Source: a virus
Lineage: Duplodnaviria; Caudoviricetes
Virus record (IMG/VR): IMGVR_UViG_3300031951_000146
Coordinates: 1 to 63,262 of that record
DNA length: 63,262 nt
Strand: one strand, 5' to 3'
A program made the translations under genes and the position numbers. Positions 1 through 8,693 of the stretch are shown piece after piece (the first letter of the stretch is position 1; each line of letters opens with the position of its first letter). The notes below the pieces were generated by a model that was not told where the DNA came from, did no database searches, and saw only the letters and a list, made by a program, of their open reading frames with translations.

Positions 1-224
1 CTGGGATGACGCGGAGCAGAAGAAGGTCCAGACGGTGACGGGCTTCCCCTTGACTCTGATGAAGGATGACAACGGTACTTGGGGTGTTGCGAAGAAAAGC
101 AAGCTTCACGCTCTGGCTGAAGCTACCGATTCATTGGATGCCAATGGCCGTCTCCTCCCCGAGAATCTTGGTCTCCTGCTTGGCAAGGCGGCTCAGTTTC
201 AGGTGGAGGTGTTGCTCACCCCGA
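1..224. repeat. Terminal direct repeat, left copy (circular overlap)
   Basis: Identical to 63039-63262 except A97 vs C63135. It falls in the middle of a gene, so it is most likely an assembly overlap. Confidence 0.95.
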
Positions 225-607
225 GCAAGGACGGCTCGAAGAAGTACCTCAACGAGCGCATCAAGCTGGCAGGTGTCATCCCCGAGGGTCTTCCGGTTCC
301 CGAGCTGGATGAGTCTTACATTCACGGAGTGAACTTCGATGGTCCGAATGATCTCGATATGTTGAAGATGGTGCGCAAGGTGGTGAAGGATACGATCAAG
401 CGAGCCACTAACTTCGAGGGAAGTGCAATCCAGCAGGCTCTTGCCTCCATCGAATCCGAAGCCCCTAAGACCGCCTCCACGCCAGCACCTTCCCGACCTG
501 CTACCCCAGCACCAGCCATCCCCCGCCCGAAGCCCACCGCCTCTCCCAAGCCAGCTCCCGTAGCCGCTAGCTGGGAAGATGAAGAGTCCGACGATAGTCC
601 TTTTTGA
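1..607 (+). CDS. C-terminal part of putative ssDNA-binding protein (gene starts at 62647 and wraps, about 332 aa)
   Basis: In frame with the ORF from ATG 62647 across the overlap. Pro/Ala linker and acidic tail WEDEESDDSPF; follows the DNA polymerase. Confidence 0.6.
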   Translation, partial: WDDAEQKKVQTVTGFPLTLMKDDNGTWGVAKKSKLHALAEATDSLDANGRLLPENLGLLLGKAAQFQVEVLLTPSKDGSKKYLNERIKLAGVIPEGLPVPELDESYIHGVNFDGPNDLDMLKMVRKVVKDTIKRATNFEGSAIQQALASIESEAPKTASTPAPSRPATPAPAIPRPKPTASPKPAPVAASWEDEESDDSPF

Positions 608-620
608 GGAGTGACGCAAC

Positions 621-830
621 ATGGCACGATGGATCACAGACATGGCTTACGATGATGACGACTGTCCAGAGGCTCCCGGTATCGAGTACAACCCTGACCC
701 GGAGCTTGCTTACCTCCGGGCCTTCTGGTACTACGTGACTGAAGACCTTACCTTGAACGAGCTTCGTCAAGTGAACGACCACCTTGATAGTCAGTTTGAC
801 TTCATCATCCCACAGGAGTACTACATCTAA
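621..830 (+). CDS. Small acidic hypothetical protein
   Basis: GAGGAG RBS; stop overlaps the next ATG. Confidence 0.7.
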   Translation: MARWITDMAYDDDDCPEAPGIEYNPDPELAYLRAFWYYVTEDLTLNELRQVNDHLDSQFDFIIPQEYYI

Positions 831-1024
831 TGACCACCTACATCGTGAAGAAGAACAACCGCCGCATTCCCAACAAGGTGTTCTCTACTTACGAGAAGGC
901 TCGTCAGTGGGTTCGTAAGAAGGTACGAGATATTGGTCCGCACTGGGCCGATGACTCTGCCACCCATCATCGGACCCCTGCCCTCTGTTACTACGGCTAC
1001 TCCATCTCGAAGGTGGAGGGTTGA
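830..1024 (+). CDS. Small basic hypothetical protein
   Basis: TAATG translational coupling. Confidence 0.65.
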   Translation: MTTYIVKKNNRRIPNKVFSTYEKARQWVRKKVRDIGPHWADDSATHHRTPALCYYGYSISKVEG

Positions 1025-1032
1025 TTTAAACT

Positions 1033-1107
1033 AGCCTCGTAGCCAAGCGATCAAGGCAACTGGCTTTGACCCAGTGACCGCAGGTTTGAATCCTGCCGAG
1101 GCTGCCA
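1033..1107 (+). tRNA. tRNA-Gln (anticodon TTG) with encoded CCA
   Basis: Acceptor stem AGCCTCG/CGAGGCT, anticodon arm ACTGG-CTTTGAC-CCAGT, T arm GCAGG-TTTGAAT-CCTGC, 3' end G-CCA. Confidence 0.9.
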
Positions 1108-1111
1108 CCCC

Positions 1112-1145
1112 AACCCCCGGCCTAAACAACCGGGGGTTTTCTTTC
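1112..1145 (+). terminator. Rho-independent terminator after the tRNA
   Basis: AACCCCCGG...CCGGGGGTT stem followed by a T-rich tract. Confidence 0.8.
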
Positions 1146-1217
1146 CTCGCCCTTCGGGCTCAGGCGCCCGTACCGGGCTTTCCCTAAAACAACACGGAGG
1201 TTGTACAAAAAGGAACT

Positions 1218-3131
1218 ATGACGACGAACGTTACTGCGATTGAAACACCTTGGTCCTCGGTTGGCTACTTGACCTACAAGCGTACTTACTCCCGCCGCAA
1301 GGCGGACGGTACTCTCGAAGAGTTTCCCGACACCATCACTCGTATCCTCGACTCGTGTCGTGACCAGCTCAACGTAGGCTTCACCGAGGACGAGGAGCAG
1401 CGACTGGCTAACTACCTAGCCTCCCTCAAGGGTACGGTTGCGGGTCGCTTCCTGTGGCAGATGGGCACAGATACGGTGGGTCGCCTTGGTCTGGCCTCTC
1501 TCCAGAACTGTGCGTTCGTGACGGTGGATGATCCGGTGCGTCCGTTCACTTGGGCCTTCGACATGCTTATGCTCGGCTCGGGTGTGGGCTACAACATCCA
1601 GCGAGAGAACGTTGACAAGCTCCCTCCGGTTCTTCAGAACTTCAAGGCTCCTGTTCGGGTGGACTCTCCGGATGCAGACTTCATCGTGCCGGATACTCGC
1701 GAGGGCTGGGTCCATCTTTTGCACCACACTCTTAGCACTGCGTTCTACAACCGAGATTCGTACAAGCCGGGCTTTACCTACAGCACTCATTGCGTTCGCA
1801 GTAAGGGCGCTCCCATTAAGGGCTTCGGTGGTGTGGCATCTGGTCCCGAGGATTTGGTCCGAGGCATTGAACAGATTTCTCGGTTGCTGGAGCAGCGTCG
1901 TGGGCGTAAGCTGCGTCCGATTAATTGCCTTGACATCATGAACATCATTGGCTCGGTGGTGGTGGCTGGTAATGTTCGCCGCTCGGCTCAGATCGCTATT
2001 GGCGACTGCGATGATGTTGAGTACCTTGGAGCTAAGAATTGGGCCAAGGGTGGCATCCCGAACTGGCGTGCCATGTCGAACAACTCGGTGGTATGCAACG
2101 ACATTAACAAGTTGCCCGAGGCTTTCTGGAAAACGTATGAGGGTGGATCGGAACCTTACGGTCTGATTAACCTTGAGCTTGCCCGCTCGTGTGGGCGACT
2201 GGGTGAGACGCAGTATCCGGACCCGGATGTTCAGGGGTTCAATCCGTGCGCCGAACAAAGTCTTGCAAACTTCGAGACGTGTTGCCTTGCCGAGGTGTAC
2301 CTTAGCAACATCACCTCGTATGTTGAGTTGATTGATGTGTTGAAGTTGCTGTACCGTGTGAACAAGCACTCGCTCCGTCTCCCGTGTCACCACAAGGAAA
2401 CGGAAGCTATCGTCCACAAGAACATGCGAATGGGTATTGGTGTAACGGGCTACCTTCAGGCAACGGAGGAGCAGCGTAGCTGGTTGAAGAGTGCTTACGA
2501 GGAACTGCGAGCCTATGACAAGGAGTACAGCGCCCAGCACGGGTGGCCCATCTCGATCAAACTGGCAACGGTCAAGCCCTCGGGTACGCTGAGTCTGCTT
2601 CCGGGTGTGACTCCGGGTGTGCATCCGGGCTACGCCCAGTACATGATTCGTCGTATCCGTATCGCGGCAGATAACCCGTTGGTCCAGCAGTGTCGTGACC
2701 ACGGTTATCCGGTTGAGTACGTTCGTGGGTTCGATGGCAAGGACGACCATTCGACAGTGGTGGTTGAGTTCCCGTTTGCGTATCCGGTCGGCTCGGTACT
2801 GGCTGAGCACGTCACGGCTATCGACCAGCTTAACTGGATCGAGCGGCTCCAGCGTGAGTGGTCGGACAATAGCGTGAGTTGCACGGTCTACTACAAGGCC
2901 GAGGAACTCCCCGCTATCCGAGAGCACTTGAAGAAGAAGTACAACAATACGTTCAAGACGGTATCGTTCCTTCTCCACTCGGACCACGGCTTCGACCAAG
3001 CCCCGTTCGAGGAGATCACCAAGGAAGAGTACGACCGTCGAGTGGCATCCAGCCGCCTCATCACCGGAGGTGAGGTGGAGCTTGAGGTGGATATGAGTGA
3101 ATGTGCAGGGGGTGCGTGTCCCATTCGGTGA
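1218..3131 (+). CDS. nrdJ: Class II (adenosylcobalamin-dependent) ribonucleotide reductase, monomeric RTPR-like
   Basis: Motifs LQNCAF, GNVRRSA, NPCAEQ, TVKPSGT and C-terminal CAGGACPIR. No beta-subunit gene seen. Confidence 0.92.
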   Translation: MTTNVTAIETPWSSVGYLTYKRTYSRRKADGTLEEFPDTITRILDSCRDQLNVGFTEDEEQRLANYLASLKGTVAGRFLWQMGTDTVGRLGLASLQNCAFVTVDDPVRPFTWAFDMLMLGSGVGYNIQRENVDKLPPVLQNFKAPVRVDSPDADFIVPDTREGWVHLLHHTLSTAFYNRDSYKPGFTYSTHCVRSKGAPIKGFGGVASGPEDLVRGIEQISRLLEQRRGRKLRPINCLDIMNIIGSVVVAGNVRRSAQIAIGDCDDVEYLGAKNWAKGGIPNWRAMSNNSVVCNDINKLPEAFWKTYEGGSEPYGLINLELARSCGRLGETQYPDPDVQGFNPCAEQSLANFETCCLAEVYLSNITSYVELIDVLKLLYRVNKHSLRLPCHHKETEAIVHKNMRMGIGVTGYLQATEEQRSWLKSAYEELRAYDKEYSAQHGWPISIKLATVKPSGTLSLLPGVTPGVHPGYAQYMIRRIRIAADNPLVQQCRDHGYPVEYVRGFDGKDDHSTVVVEFPFAYPVGSVLAEHVTAIDQLNWIERLQREWSDNSVSCTVYYKAEELPAIREHLKKKYNNTFKTVSFLLHSDHGFDQAPFEEITKEEYDRRVASSRLITGGEVELEVDMSECAGGACPIR

Positions 3132-3154
3132 CACAATCCTTCACCAAGCTTCGC

Positions 3155-3183
3155 TTGACAACCGAAGGTTGAGGAGTTAAATT
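3155..3183 (+). promoter_or_regulatory. Sigma70-type promoter
   Basis: TTGACA-17 nt-TAAATT. Confidence 0.75.
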
Positions 3184-3285
3184 GAAGACAATCCGCACAA
3201 CGGCTGGGCGTTCCCGGTCGGCTTATCACACCAATGTGCCCCGCATGAGGGTAAGCGGGACTTTTTCCAATAGAGATGGTGTTCT

Positions 3286-3912
3286 ATGATCCGCTGTAAG
3301 CCGTGGAAAGGCAATGACCTAAAGGGGAAGTGGCACGTAACACGTAAGCTCGACGGTGTTCGGGCGCTTAGAAACGAAGATGGTTCTGTTGTTTCTCGAA
3401 ATGGTAAGCCGTTGTACAACCTAGACCACTTGGACTTCCAAGACGCGGAGGTCTTTGCTGGGTCGTGGGAAGAGTCGGTATCTCTCGTTCGTACTAAGAG
3501 TGGAGGGCCTGTTCCGCAAGAGTTTATCTACCATCTTAATCCTCTGGACGAGAGGTTGGACATCGGTATCTGGTACGATCCATCCCGCGATGAGATACTC
3601 TCCGCACTTTCCGAAACAGAGGCTCTCGGCGACGAGGGTCTTGTCCTTCGGCAAGGCAACGTGTGGTTGAAGGTCAAGTCCTCAGATACTTTTGATGTTC
3701 AGGTCACAGACGTAGTGCCGGGCAGGGGTAAACACACCGGAAGGATGGGTGCTTTGATGACCGATCGAGGCAAGGTCGGCACAGGTTTTACAGACGCGGA
3801 GCGTAGTGAGGATTGGCGGGTGGGGGAGATCATCGAAGTTGAGTGTATGTCTCTTACACCTTCTGGTAAGTTCCGCCATCCGCGATTTGTGCGTAGGCGA
3901 TTTGACAAGTAA
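3286..3912 (+). CDS. Minimal ATP-dependent DNA ligase (208 aa)
   Basis: Motif I KLDGVR, EGLVLR, WLKVK, OB-fold KVGTGF, and FRHPRF. Confidence 0.85.
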   Translation: MIRCKPWKGNDLKGKWHVTRKLDGVRALRNEDGSVVSRNGKPLYNLDHLDFQDAEVFAGSWEESVSLVRTKSGGPVPQEFIYHLNPLDERLDIGIWYDPSRDEILSALSETEALGDEGLVLRQGNVWLKVKSSDTFDVQVTDVVPGRGKHTGRMGALMTDRGKVGTGFTDAERSEDWRVGEIIEVECMSLTPSGKFRHPRFVRRRFDK

Positions 3913-3942
3913 ACCCACCTTAGTTTCCGAAGGAAACGTGCT

Positions 3943-4077
3943 ATGAATGCGCTCGCTTTAAGCTATACCTTAGACAACGAACCCACCTACCCCACCGAGG
4001 AACAAGCCCACGAGGCGTACCTCCAAGCGGGGTGGGATTACTTGGCGGAAGAGGAGGTTGTGTGTGAAGACTTTTGA
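3943..4077 (+). CDS. Small acidic hypothetical protein (44 aa, below the ORF-track cutoff)
   Basis: AAGGA RBS; reads MNALALSYTL...VCEDF-stop. Confidence 0.5.
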   Translation: MNALALSYTLDNEPTYPTEEQAHEAYLQAGWDYLAEEEVVCEDF

Positions 4078-4315
4078 GGAGTTCTGGAAGGAGTGTCTCG
4101 AAGACGAGATGTTTTATGACGCAGAGAAGCCTGCTGCTCGTGAGGCTTGGGAAGCCGCCACCCTCGCGGAGCGAGAGAGGTTGAAGAAAGCTATCTTAAC
4201 TAGCCGCAATTTCATCGAAAAGAATTACTCTGAGCTTCACGGTGAGATAGGTCGCTACTTTGCAGGTCGGATAGACTCCTATGACGAGGTGCTACATGTT
4301 ATCGACAACCCTTAG
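4058..4315 (+). CDS. Hypothetical protein
   Basis: GAGGAGG RBS; operon packing. Confidence 0.6.
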   Translation: MCVKTFEEFWKECLEDEMFYDAEKPAAREAWEAATLAERERLKKAILTSRNFIEKNYSELHGEIGRYFAGRIDSYDEVLHVIDNP

Positions 4316-4508
4316 TCTCGTAGCGGTCTTGTCCCTCCCACCCTATCTCGTAGTGAACAAAGGCCCTCTCCGAGTAGAGACTCCATCGGGGAGCATCCTC
4401 ATCATCCCCGAGGGTTCCTCCTTTCTCGTCAACTCTCACGAGACGAGGTTCGATCTCCGAGAGGTGACTCTCGACAACGTAGGAGTTTTCAAAGATGGGT
4501 TTGAGTGA
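4296..4508 (+). CDS. Small putatively exported protein ending in VFKDGFE
   Basis: GAGG RBS before ATG 4296; hydrophobic N-terminus MLSTTLSLVAVLSL. Confidence 0.55.
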   Translation: MLSTTLSLVAVLSLPPYLVVNKGPLRVETPSGSILIIPEGSSFLVNSHETRFDLREVTLDNVGVFKDGFE

Positions 4509-4656
4509 AGATGCCCGCTTCAATCTTATCGTTCTGTGGCTGCCTTTACTGAACATCGCGTTCATTCCTCTGGTGCTTATGGGCTCCGCTTGGTTCTTGG
4601 TCCCTCAAGTTCTGGTTCTGTTGTTTCAGCTGGCCCTCTTCTGGGAGTGGGTATGA
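4495..4656 (+). CDS. Small membrane protein (53 aa, about two hydrophobic segments)
   Basis: AGGAG RBS; MGLSEDARFNLIVLWLPLLNIAFIPLVL...; ATGA overlap with the next gene. Confidence 0.6.
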   Translation: MGLSEDARFNLIVLWLPLLNIAFIPLVLMGSAWFLVPQVLVLLFQLALFWEWV

Positions 4657-4853
4657 ATAAGGATAAGTGGCAGCCGATTGAGACGGCTCCGAAGGATGGA
4701 ACTTTTGTTCTGTTGTATTGCCCCTCGTCTTTGGGTAGTTACATGGACGTTTACAGTTTCACTGAATGCGGTGGGTGGCAGTGCAGCAACTTCGAGTATT
4801 CTCCTTACCCAGACCCCACCCACTGGATGCCCTTGCCGGATGCACCGGAGTGA
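4653..4853 (+). CDS. DUF551-like phage protein
   Basis: WQPIETAPKDGT...PTHWMPLP signature. Confidence 0.8.
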   Translation: MNKDKWQPIETAPKDGTFVLLYCPSSLGSYMDVYSFTECGGWQCSNFEYSPYPDPTHWMPLPDAPE

Positions 4854-5064
4854 GTGAGAACATCTCCGAGAAAGAGTACGCTCTTGCCATGTGGGATTTG
4901 GTCAAGCCTCAGACGTTTCGACAAGCGAAGAGGGCGTTGACTACGGAGCACATGTCGTGTACGGATGGGACTCTTCGGGTGTACTTCAGCTTCTGGAAGA
5001 AGTCCCACGGAATCCAGAGGCGATATAGGAAAGCCGCGCCAGCGGCGGAAGTCGGAGAAGAGGG

Positions 5065-5298
5065 ATGAGTGAGTATAGCGTAGTAGCTGAGCGTCTCCGG
5101 TGGGAGTATCTTCCAACTGATGCTTTGGATGGGCACCCTTGGTATGAGTTGTACGTCAAGCGTCGTCTCGATCCTACGTTCCGAATGAACGAGCAAGTGG
5201 AGCGACTGTGTGCAGCTCTCCACGGAATCTTGATGCGGGAAGAGCAGGATCGAGATTGGCTCCAAGAGATTGAGAGTACAGCGAGGGACTATGAGTGA
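5065..5298 (+). CDS. Hypothetical protein
   Basis: Overlapping start/stop coupling with neighbours. Confidence 0.6.
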   Translation: MSEYSVVAERLRWEYLPTDALDGHPWYELYVKRRLDPTFRMNEQVERLCAALHGILMREEQDRDWLQEIESTARDYE

Positions 5299-6085
5299 CA
5301 TCGTACCGGCTTACGTGGAGTCTAAGACGGCTCATCTGAATTGTATCATTGACTGTGACTCCATCGTGTACAAGTGCGGCTGGGTCGGTGTCGAGCGAGA
5401 TGAGGACGGCAACCCGCTCCCTTCTCCGTTGGCGCACAGTCTCTCTAATCTGAAGACAACCATTGAAGGTATCCTCGCCCGGTTCCCTCATAGAAATTGG
5501 GAGCGTATCTACCTAACCCCTTCGGGGGGGTTTCGCTATTCGGTAGCGAAGAGCAAGCCATACAAGGGGTCGAGGAAGTCGAAGAAGCCCCAGTGGTTCC
5601 ACGAGATGCGCGAGTACCTTGTCAAGCACTACGGGGCGATCATCGTAGATGAGGATAAGCCGGAGAACGAGAGGCGGGAGGCAGATGACCTGTGTTCCTC
5701 AGACCAATGGGCACATCCTGACAAGTCAACCTGTGTTTGTTCGATAGATAAAGATTTGCTGATGGTCCCCGGATGGAACTACAACTTTAACAAAGACCAG
5801 TTCCAGTGTCGGACGCTGGTCGAAGCTGATCTTTGGTTTTACTATCAGCTCATGGTAGGGGACGGCGTTGACAACATCGCAGGATTGAAAGGGATTGGCC
5901 CTAAGAAGGCTGAGCAACTGATCGAAGCATGTTCTCGGAAAAGGAACAGAGTCAGGCGAGCTGTGTTCGACCTTTATCGCAAAGAGTTTTCCTCGAAGTG
6001 GGAGGATGCTTTAGATGAGACGGCTACCCTCTTGTTCCTTGAGCGGGAACCGGGTAAGACTTGGAGGGAGTATTTCCAAACATGA
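5291..6085 (+). CDS. 5'-3' exonuclease (T7 gp6/FEN-like)
   Basis: IIDCDS, YKGSR, EADD, DKDL, and GDGVDNIAGLKGIGPKKA helix-hairpin-helix. Confidence 0.9.
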   Translation: MSDIVPAYVESKTAHLNCIIDCDSIVYKCGWVGVERDEDGNPLPSPLAHSLSNLKTTIEGILARFPHRNWERIYLTPSGGFRYSVAKSKPYKGSRKSKKPQWFHEMREYLVKHYGAIIVDEDKPENERREADDLCSSDQWAHPDKSTCVCSIDKDLLMVPGWNYNFNKDQFQCRTLVEADLWFYYQLMVGDGVDNIAGLKGIGPKKAEQLIEACSRKRNRVRRAVFDLYRKEFSSKWEDALDETATLLFLEREPGKTWREYFQT

Positions 6086-6267
6086 ATCTCCTGTCCCTTC
6101 CAACGAAGTACGGAACACGTTTGTGGTTGGAACTTTGGCCTCGGTTTTATTTCGGTGCAATCCTCAATGGATGGTACTGGTCTGTGTGGTGGGCTAATGG
6201 TAAGTTCCACACCAACCGCTTTGACAATATCTGGAGAAAGAATGGAACCCCTTTGCCTAAGCGTTAA
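6082..6267 (+). CDS. Trp-rich small hypothetical protein
   Basis: ATGA overlap with the exonuclease stop. Confidence 0.5.
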   Translation: MNLLSLPTKYGTRLWLELWPRFYFGAILNGWYWSVWWANGKFHTNRFDNIWRKNGTPLPKR

Positions 6268-6673
6268 GCGTCTCCACAAAGATGCCACCCTTCCCACGAA
6301 AGCTCACCCCGGTGACGCCGGATGGGACATCTACTCCCTAGACATTACCGAAGTCCCCGCGTGGGGGTCTAGGCTTGTCTCCACGGGCATCGCACTAAGC
6401 ATCCCGTACGGGTGGTGCGGTATCATCAAGGATCGCTCCTCCGTGGCTCTCAAGCAGGATACGACGACCAATGCCGGGGTGATCGACCACGGCTATACCG
6501 GAGAACTGAAGGTGCTTCTTCGCAACAACTCGCCACAGATCAAGTGGCTTAACGCTGGGGATCGTATCGCTCAGCTCTTGTTAATTCCCGTCCCCGAAGT
6601 CACCCTCGTTGAGGTGGATTCTTTTGAGGAGACGGATCGTGGTGAGGGTGGGTTCGGGAGCAGCGGCCGGTGA
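6242..6673 (+). CDS. dut: Trimeric dUTPase
   Basis: AGWDI, RSS, GVIDHGYTGE, RIAQL, RGEGGFGSSG. Confidence 0.95.
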   Translation: MEPLCLSVKRLHKDATLPTKAHPGDAGWDIYSLDITEVPAWGSRLVSTGIALSIPYGWCGIIKDRSSVALKQDTTTNAGVIDHGYTGELKVLLRNNSPQIKWLNAGDRIAQLLLIPVPEVTLVEVDSFEETDRGEGGFGSSGR

Positions 6674-7011
6674 TTGACGATAACAAGATTGTTCTACCCG
6701 ACCAGATTCTTGAAGACTACGAGAAGATGACCCCCGAGCAACACGCTGCCCTCCGGTGGAACGGGTGGCTCTTTCTCCAGCGTATTCTCAAACCCAAGGG
6801 TCTTCTCCGAAAGGACATCCTTGAACCCCACGAGGAGACCAATGCTGAGTACGTAGCTAATCTCTACGCCTTCGACAACAATATGATGCGTGCCTCTACC
6901 AAGTACGCTCTAATGGAGGCAGCGTCAGTTGGGTTGGCGGATGCTTCTTCGGTGTCCCATGTGGATACGTTCTTCGATGACCTGATGAAACTTGAGAGCG
7001 GGGTGAAGTGA
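6670..7011 (+). CDS. Hypothetical protein
   Basis: GTGA overlap with the dut stop. Confidence 0.6.
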   Translation: MIDDNKIVLPDQILEDYEKMTPEQHAALRWNGWLFLQRILKPKGLLRKDILEPHEETNAEYVANLYAFDNNMMRASTKYALMEAASVGLADASSVSHVDTFFDDLMKLESGVK

Positions 7012-7012
7012 G

Positions 7013-7300
7013 ATGGGTACTGTTATTGCCGACGGTTTGAACACCAGCTACTATGGTGTTACTACGTACAAGCGCGCAGGGTCGGACAAGTGGGGAGATG
7101 AGTTCTCCACTTTTATCGAGGGTGACACCATTGAGAAGATTCTTGACCTGATTTTCTCCGTATGCGGTCCTGCCGGCTGTGGGGAGTCAATGGCCCAGAG
7201 CGACACCCATATCATCGGATGGCAGAACATCGGGCCTGAGATTTGTGACCTTCTCGCTATCAAAAACAAGTACGACGAAGACGATGAGGAGGAGTCTTGA
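7013..7300 (+). CDS. Hypothetical protein
   Basis: Operon packing; acidic tail. Confidence 0.6.
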   Translation: MGTVIADGLNTSYYGVTTYKRAGSDKWGDEFSTFIEGDTIEKILDLIFSVCGPAGCGESMAQSDTHIIGWQNIGPEICDLLAIKNKYDEDDEEES

Positions 7301-7301
7301 G

Positions 7302-7769
7302 ATGGGTGTAACTGCTAGTGGTCCTCCATTTGTGACGCTGACTGACCTCTTGTGTAAGTGCGGGTGGATGTGGGAGCACGAGTGTAAGAAAACTGGGGAG
7401 TGTGGCCTCAACCAAGGGATGCCGGAGTACAACCGAGAGGAGGCTCTCTCCGAAGAGCACACCCCCTACGAGTTCCTTTCCGAGTCTGCCAAGGAAGCGG
7501 CTGTCAACATGGTGCGAGATATGATTGAGAACAGCAAGTCCACTCATCAGGTGGGTGGTACTCACTACGCCGAGATGTCGGTACAGCCTTGGTCAGCCAT
7601 GAAGGCGTGGATGTCTCCCGAGGAGTACGCGGGCTACCACGTCGGTACGGTGATTGGCTACCTGTCTCGCCATAAGAAGAAGGGTGCCCTTCAAGACATC
7701 CTGAAAGCCAAGCACCACCTCGAAGAGTTGGTTCGCTACTTTGAAGAAGACGAGGAGTATCCGTGGTGA
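7302..7769 (+). CDS. DUF3310 (T7 gp1.7-like, putative nucleotide kinase) protein
   Basis: QVGGTHY...YLSRHKKKG..QDILKAKHHL signature. Confidence 0.75.
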   Translation: MGVTASGPPFVTLTDLLCKCGWMWEHECKKTGECGLNQGMPEYNREEALSEEHTPYEFLSESAKEAAVNMVRDMIENSKSTHQVGGTHYAEMSVQPWSAMKAWMSPEEYAGYHVGTVIGYLSRHKKKGALQDILKAKHHLEELVRYFEEDEEYPW

Positions 7770-7986
7770 GTAAGAGCGGCCTTGTGTGCTTGATTCCTGA
7801 TGATGGTTCTGCGAAGGTGTGGACAATCGTCCACCCCTCTTTCCCCTGCTCTCCGAAAGTCTCTTTCCACAACGTAAACGGTTCGTTAGAGTTGCTCTTT
7901 CACAGGAAGGAGTACACAACACATTGTATCGGCTATGATGTGGATTTCATTTTTGCCAAGTGGCATGCCTTCAAGGAGGCGAATAA

Positions 7987-8289
7987 GTGACCAAGCGCGA
8001 CAAGATTCCCCACACCCCTGAAGAAGAACTCCGTCTCGAACGGGCTCAAGCTAAGGCCGAGCGTAACCTCCGACGACGCACCCAAGACAAGAAGAAGGGT
8101 TCCCGTCACGCCGAGGAAAAGATCAGTGCCCTATCTAACGAGAACAACGTCCTTCGTCGTCGTATCGAAGATGTATCCAAGTTGATCCGAGCCTTGGTCA
8201 AGATGCTTCCTCCGGACTTGAAGCTTGAGTACGAGAAGCTCCGGGTGGCTATCAATCAAGGGGATTTTGATGAGGTCCATCCGGAATGA
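7987..8289 (+). CDS. Basic coiled-coil hypothetical protein
   Basis: GGAGG RBS; heptad pattern. Confidence 0.6.
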   Translation: MTKRDKIPHTPEEELRLERAQAKAERNLRRRTQDKKKGSRHAEEKISALSNENNVLRRRIEDVSKLIRALVKMLPPDLKLEYEKLRVAINQGDFDEVHPE

Positions 8290-8693
8290 AGCCGCGTAAG
8301 GTTCGCCCTAAGTTCAGGTCTGGTTACGAGTCCAAAGCATACAAGTCCCTGAAGGACCGGGGCATCGACTTCACATACGAAGAGGAGAAGCTACCTTACG
8401 TAGTGCCTCAACGCAAAGCGTACTATCTGCCCGACATGGTGATTACCCGAGAGGACGGCTCTAAACTCTACTTGGAGTTCAAAGGGCAGTTCTCAGCAGC
8501 AGACCGTCGCAAGATGGAACTCGTCATCGAACAACATCCCGACAAAGAGATTGCCATGATTTTTATGAGGAACAACAAACTGCGGAAGGACTCTCGCACG
8601 TCGTACACCGATTGGTGTCACAAGCGTGGGATTAAGTGCACGGTGAGTACTGCGGGTCATGTACCAGACTCTTGGATTCGAGGAGAGGAGTGA
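8286..8693 (+). CDS. Endonuclease I-like Holliday junction resolvase (T7 gp3 family)
   Basis: FRSGYE, YLPD, YLEFKG, DRRKM, YTDWC. Confidence 0.85.
   Translation: MKPRKVRPKFRSGYESKAYKSLKDRGIDFTYEEEKLPYVVPQRKAYYLPDMVITREDGSKLYLEFKGQFSAADRRKMELVIEQHPDKEIAMIFMRNNKLRKDSRTSYTDWCHKRGIKCTVSTAGHVPDSWIRGEE

Noticed and set aside
1-224. Biological direct terminal repeat
   Set aside because: It interrupts a gene, and the early/late boundary is near 46.6-47.1 kb; better explained as an assembly overlap.
1146-1217. Cobalamin riboswitch upstream of nrdJ
   Set aside because: Region too short; only two small hairpins and no B12 box.
1416-3134. 572-aa antisense ORF over nrdJ, and similar long shadow ORFs over the ejection, portal and capsid genes
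   Set aside because: Expected from codon bias on the coding strand; no motifs or RBS seen.
3236-3261. Type I-E CRISPR-repeat mimic (CCCCGC...GCGGG)
   Set aside because: Loop length and flanks do not fit; a terminator hairpin explains it.
3902-3930. TTGACA at the end of the ligase gene as a promoter
   Set aside because: No credible -10 element at 16-18 nt spacing.
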